DNA of 39,217 nucleotides from a virus (Duplodnaviria; Heunggongvirae; Uroviricota; Caudoviricetes): IMG/VR virus record IMGVR_UViG_2684623171_000001; one strand, 5' to 3'. Shown piece by piece: positions 36,912 to 39,217 of this stretch (position 1 is its first letter; each line of letters starts with the position of its first letter). The notes under the pieces were generated by a model. It saw only the letters and a program-made list of their open reading frames with translations, ran no database searches and was not told where the DNA came from. The position numbers and the translations under genes were made by a program.

Positions 36912-37372
36912 TGCACGTTTTGTGTATTTTCCCTCCTGGGAGAACAGGCAGGACATATCAGCATCCTGAAACAGGAAGCATTTTTGGGTTTGTATGTCTT
37001 GCCATTTTGAGATCGAGAACGGCGATAGATGAGCTGTAAGGGAGTCTTACAGGCAGGGCAAACAGGCTCTTTCATCCATGATAAAGATCTCCTTTTTATG
37101 CATCTCTGCTTTACAGGAGACCGGGGAATATCATAGGATACGCCACGAGCTCGAAGTAAAGCATTGATGCAAGTTTTTACAGATTGACCCAGCATAGTTC
37201 CAGCTATGCTGGGTTTCACTTTTATGTAGTATCCTGTTGATTTGAAACATACTACATATACGCGTGATCCTACCTTCACTGTATAAAAAGTCAATAAAAT
37301 GATCATTTTATGATCGTTTTCACCACCTAACTCTTCGTTTTCTTTAAGTAAATAATCACCTCCCTGAATCAT
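36908..37372 (-). CDS. Questionable antisense ORF with a C-terminal CxxC...CxxC in an AT-rich spacer
   Basis: 154-aa ORF with no clear RBS at either candidate start; contains CPACKTPLQ...CPAC; a terminator-like hairpin that looks inverted relative to its stop sits at 36262-36300; may be spurious. Confidence 0.25.
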   Translation of the reverse strand: MIQGGDYLLKENEELGGENDHKMIILLTFYTVKVGSRVYVVCFKSTGYYIKVKPSIAGTMLGQSVKTCINALLRARGVSYDIPRSPVKQRCIKRRSLSWMKEPVCPACKTPLQLIYRRSRSQNGKTYKPKNASCFRMLICPACSPRRENTQNVH

Positions 37373-37486
37373 TGTTGATGACTTTTCAATCTATTTGTTG
37401 TATCAATTAAACAAATCGAATCGATCGTTTTTGTCGATCGATTGCATGAGAAAGGCATCAACAACAAAGCAGGAGGTTATGCGGTC

Positions 37487-37687
37487 ATGTATCGAAACAT
37501 ACGGTGCCGACACTGCAATAAGCTACTGGCACGGGCCAGTTTCAGTTATCTGGAAGTAAAATGTCCGCGCTGTAAAACCCTCAATCAAATCACATCTCCG
37601 AGCGCCACAGAGCACCCCACATACACAAGGAAATCCTGTCGTGGGGAACAGAAAGCAAGTCACATCCCGAATCATCAGCACGCCTGA
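37487..37687 (+). CDS. com: Com zinc-finger translational activator of mom
   Basis: ATG at 37487 with AGGAGG RBS; [35 protein letters not shown] matches the Com C4 finger pattern; overlaps the mom start as in Mu. Confidence 0.7.
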   Translation: MYRNIRCRHCNKLLARASFSYLEVKCPRCKTLNQITSPSATEHPTYTRKSCRGEQKASHIPNHQHA

Positions 37688-38378
37688 ACTTATTCGCTAT
37701 AACGACAATATCGTTGGTTATGGCTCCCGTGAGTTGCGGGTTGAGACAATAAGTTGCTGGCTGGCCAGACTGGTCATCGTCAATAAACATTACAGCCACC
37801 GTTTCGTAAATAACTCCTACCTTCATCTGGGCATATTTTCAGAACGGGAACTTGTTGGCGTAATGCAATGGGGTTACGCCCTTAACCCAAACAGTGGTGC
37901 ACGCGTCGTAACGGGTACGCAGAACCGAGAATATATGGAGCTTAACCGGCTATGGCTGCATGACTGTATGCCGAGAAACTCCGAATCAAGGGCAATCAGT
38001 TACGCGCTCAAGCTAATCAGGCAGCTTTATCCGCAGGTACAGTGGGTTCAGTCGTTTGCAGATGAGCGTTGTGGCTGTCTTGGTGTCGTGTATCAGGCAA
38101 GCAATTTTGATTATGTAGGCAGCCATGAATCAATATTCTATGAACTTGATGGCGAGTGGTATCACGAGATTTGCAGGAATGCCATTAAACGAGGCGGACA
38201 ACGAGGTGAACATCTGAGGGCTAATATTGACAGAGCCAGTGTTCATAAGTTCCGACAGTTTCGTTACATCCGGTTTCTGAACAAGAGGGCCAGAAAACGC
38301 CTCAACACAAAGCTATTCAAAGTCCAGCCTTACCCAAAACCACAAACAGTTAAAACTGGTTTGAAAGAGAGTGAATGA
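37641..38378 (+). CDS. mom: Mom-like DNA modification protein (acyltransferase-fold adenine modification)
   Basis: 245 aa, start inside the 3' end of com, last gene before the prophage end; arrangement matches Mu com-mom. Confidence 0.7.
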   Translation: MGNRKQVTSRIISTPELIRYNDNIVGYGSRELRVETISCWLARLVIVNKHYSHRFVNNSYLHLGIFSERELVGVMQWGYALNPNSGARVVTGTQNREYMELNRLWLHDCMPRNSESRAISYALKLIRQLYPQVQWVQSFADERCGCLGVVYQASNFDYVGSHESIFYELDGEWYHEICRNAIKRGGQRGEHLRANIDRASVHKFRQFRYIRFLNKRARKRLNTKLFKVQPYPKPQTVKTGLKESE

Positions 38379-38414
38379 GCGCTTAAAAACTCATTCTAAA
38401 ACTCAAAAGAAAAG

Positions 38415-38487
38415 CGCCGATTTAGTATCAAATAAGTTGCGTATCGGCGTTTTTCAGCGGTATCAAATGAAATGCAAATCGGTATCA
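38415..38487. repeat. Right-end transposase-binding repeats (attR R1-R3-like); prophage terminus about 38487 (ends ...GGTATCA)
   Basis: Three direct copies of GTATCAAA with similar flanks (38425, 38460, 38482); on the other strand the end reads 5'-TGATACCGATTTGCA, consistent with the TG...CA termini of Mu-type elements. Confidence 0.5.
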
Positions 38488-39217
38488 AAAAAATCGCCGC
38501 GCTATAATTATCGAGAGCTTTTTGCTCTGCCTGTTCGTGATTGATATTTTTATCTTTTTTGTCAAAAGCGCGTTGCACGAAAAAGTGGGAGATCGCCACC
38601 GAGATAATGACGCAAGAGGCGACCGGAAGCTGGTAGTGGAAGAAGTAAGTGGCAATTTTCATTCCCGCTACCTGGGCTGCAAAAATGGAGTTCGTTTCCA
38701 GAATCCCCCACTCAATGGACATTGTGGTTGCGATAACCGCCACCGCAGAGAGACGGCTTACTCCCAGACTCACCAGTGTCGGAAATAAGGTGACCATCAG
38801 CAACATACCCAGGCCGGAGGCGCTGGTAATAAACTGCGCCATGATTTGGCCGATGACGTAAGTTGCCGACAGAATAATATACGGCGAGCGAATGAGTTTT
38901 AACGGGCGGCTTAACAAGCTCACCATCGCGCGACTGGCTCCTGTGCGCTCCATGTAGCGGGCATAACCGCCCACCGCCATAATCGACAGCCCCAATCCGG
39001 CAATGCGGTTGGACAGCATGCGCAGGATTTCATTATAAATATCGACGATCAAGTAGCCGCTGCTTTTGGCGGGATCGAGTACACCACCTAACCCTAACCA
39101 GACACCGCACATCATCAGGAAGATACCTGCAGCCAGCACCACCTGAGGTTTGTAGTTTTTCAGGATCAAATAGCCCATCGTAATTAATACGATGACAGAT
39201 ATAATTATGCCGAACAT
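38488..39217 (-). pseudogene. Host DcuC-family C4-dicarboxylate transporter gene, 5' portion only, interrupted by the prophage right end
   Basis: ORF begins exactly at the window end ([22 protein letters not shown]...) and resembles DcuC/DcuD-type transporters; only ~245 aa of homology versus ~460 aa for the family; the frame then runs into prophage-end sequence to a stop at 38396. Confidence 0.6.

Larger units (their letters stand above)
1..38487. mobile_element. Mu-like transposable prophage; left end lies beyond the window start, right end at about 38487
   Basis: Gene order c-ner-A-B-kil-gam-gemA-mor/C-lys-packaging-head-tail-invertible fibre segment-gin-com-mom matches phage Mu; terminal direct repeats and a truncated host gene at the right edge. 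Confidence 0.85.

Noticed and set aside
1-38487. Integrase and att core repeats as for a lambdoid or P2-type prophage
   Set aside because: No tyrosine or large serine integrase is present; the only recombinase is the small Gin-type invertase, and the element has transposase A/B and MuA-type terminal repeats, so integration is by transposition.

Overview
Almost the whole window (1 to about 38487) is a Mu-like transposable prophage with Mu gene order. It starts inside a leftward repressor gene and runs through the early, lysis, head, tail, invertible tail-fibre, gin and com/mom regions to a right end with MuA-type terminal repeats. The right end sits inside a host DcuC-family C4-dicarboxylate transporter gene (38488-39217, minus strand), which is truncated by the insertion. 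Against the Mu backbone, the best candidates for something new are: (1) a 679-aa SASA/SGNH sialate-O-acetylesterase-like protein with a lectin-like C-terminal domain inserted between gin and com/mom; (2) an AT-rich accessory island (about 7644-9224) plus three ~175-aa unknown ORFs in the gam-gemA hotspot, with no recognisable homologues; (3) a compact, asymmetric invertible tail-fibre segment carrying two alternative fibre tips but only one chaperone. Smaller observations include a (GCCGAA)8 in-frame repeat, a probable -2 frameshift in the tail chaperone, a tRNA-like element between F and G, and a single Mor/C-family activator placed after the early terminator. All calls come from reading the sequence and the ORF track and from remembered family features and Mu synteny; no database search was run, so family assignments are hypotheses with stated tests.
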